DNA of 64,000 nucleotides from a bacterium (GTDB lineage Bacteria; SM23-31): NCBI GenBank assembly GCA_965249485.1, contig OZ252239.1, positions 2,432,001 to 2,496,000 of the forward strand, read 5' to 3'. Shown piece by piece: positions 62,902 to 64,000 of this stretch (position 1 is its first letter; each line of letters starts with the position of its first letter). The notes under the pieces were generated by a model. It saw only the letters and a program-made list of their open reading frames with translations, ran no database searches and was not told where the DNA came from. The position numbers and the translations under genes were made by a program.

Positions 62902-63867
62902 TTATACTGCGGCTGTTTCTTTTTCAGCTTGTGCAATGTATCTTCCAACGACTTTTGCTATCGATCGGAGCTCTTTCATCATTTGAGTAAACTGCTCCGG
63001 TTTCAGTGACTGCGGTCCATCTGAAAGTGCTTTATCCGGATCATTATGAACTTCAACCATGATTCCATCAGCACCTGCAGCAATTGCCGCTCTCGCCATA
63101 GGAATTGCACTTACATCGAAGGTGTTCCGTGTATATTTTTCAAAAGTACGAATACCCCGCTTACACAGAATAACCCGGTCATTACCTCCGGAAAATATGT
63201 ATTCTGCGCTTAGAAGCCATTCCTCAATGGTAGCAGAAAGGCCACGTTTCAAAAAGACCGGTATGTTGGTGCTGCCGACGGCCTTCAGCATTGAGTAATT
63301 TTGCATGTTTCTGGCACCAATCTGCATGATGTCTGCATACTCGGAAATAAGCGATACCTGACTAAAATCCATTAGTTCCGTAACAATAAGAAGGTTATTC
63401 CTATCGGCTGCTTTCCTCATCATTTTTAGACCTTCTTCACCAAGACCCTGAAAGCTGTAGGGAGATGTACGGGGTTTAAATGCACCGCCGCGCAGCACTT
63501 TGACGCCGTTTTTAGCAAGAAGTGCAGCAATTTCTTCAATCTGGTCTACATTTTCAACAGAGCATGGTCCTGCCATTACTATTATTTCATTACCGCCGAT
63601 TTTAACACCCTGTAAATCGAAAACAGAGTTATCCGGATGAAAATGTCTGCCAACCCGTTTAAACGGTTCAGTAACACGCACAACTTCTTGGACGCCTTCC
63701 AGAATTTCGAATTCACGCATATCGATATCGCGTTTATCGCCAATAGCACCGAGCACGGTTTTCAATGAACCAGTCGATTTATGGATATCAAATCCTTTTG
63801 ATGTAAGGTGCGATACAACGTTTTCGATTTGACTTTCAGTGGCCTGATCGTCCATTACTACAATCAT
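62902..63867 (-). CDS. aroF: Second DAHP synthase copy with an internal in-frame deletion
   Basis: AGPCSVE and KPRTSPY present; SAIP joins directly to MARAA, so the LP..VDPSH..G segment is missing. Confidence 0.85.
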   Translation of the reverse strand: MIVVMDDQATESQIENVVSHLTSKGFDIHKSTGSLKTVLGAIGDKRDIDMREFEILEGVQEVVRVTEPFKRVGRHFHPDNSVFDLQGVKIGGNEIIVMAGPCSVENVDQIEEIAALLAKNGVKVLRGGAFKPRTSPYSFQGLGEEGLKMMRKAADRNNLLIVTELMDFSQVSLISEYADIMQIGARNMQNYSMLKAVGSTNIPVFLKRGLSATIEEWLLSAEYIFSGGNDRVILCKRGIRTFEKYTRNTFDVSAIPMARAAIAAGADGIMVEVHNDPDKALSDGPQSLKPEQFTQMMKELRSIAKVVGRYIAQAEKETAAV

Positions 63868-64000
63868 AATATTTTACTCCACCATTAATTTATTCATGAT
63901 TTGAAATTTTACGTTCAATATGTCTTGATTCATCTATTATTCTCTCAAAAAGCGTTTTGATACTATTTTCATTTAAAGGGCCTTTGTTTTGAGCAGCTAA

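Noticed and set aside
1070..63298. Numerous 60-180 aa ORFs overlapping long genes
   Set aside because: Antisense or alternate-frame shadows with no recognisable motifs

Overview
Bacterial window, probably from a diderm FCB-like or candidate lineage (inference from TonB receptor, lipoprotein signals and gene content), in four parts. (1) 1-20 kb: expanded array of secreted or lipoprotein peptidase-fold genes (five M24 paralogs plus a remnant, three DUF885, two zincin-like), a GH32-like hydrolase, a DEAD-box helicase and a three-copy intergenic repeat. (2) About 20.8-27.5 kb: AT-rich, defence-like cargo (HEPN-like, Mrr-like nuclease, AbiJ-like remnant) with two tyrosine-integrase tail scars. (3) 27.55-48.24 kb: integrase-less island bounded by a 71-bp perfect direct repeat covering the tRNA-Leu(CAG) 3' end. 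It carries a complete thiazole/oxazole RiPP (LAP/TOMM) cluster whose 35-aa poly-Cys, streptolysin-S-like precursor (35931-36038, MKITKLKSTKLYKAVAAGACCCCCCCNCNITNFGE) is missing from the ORF track. The precursor sits inside a long inverted repeat, and the cluster includes a TonB receptor, three TPR paralogs, an M50-like protease, an O-antigen-ligase-like protein and a Cys-elbow hydrolase. (4) 48.2-64 kb: core genes (tRNA-Leu, smpB, tyrS, amrB, shikimate operon). Several genes carry single stops or frameshifts, which may be real or assembly errors. All calls come from motif recognition by eye; no database searches were run.
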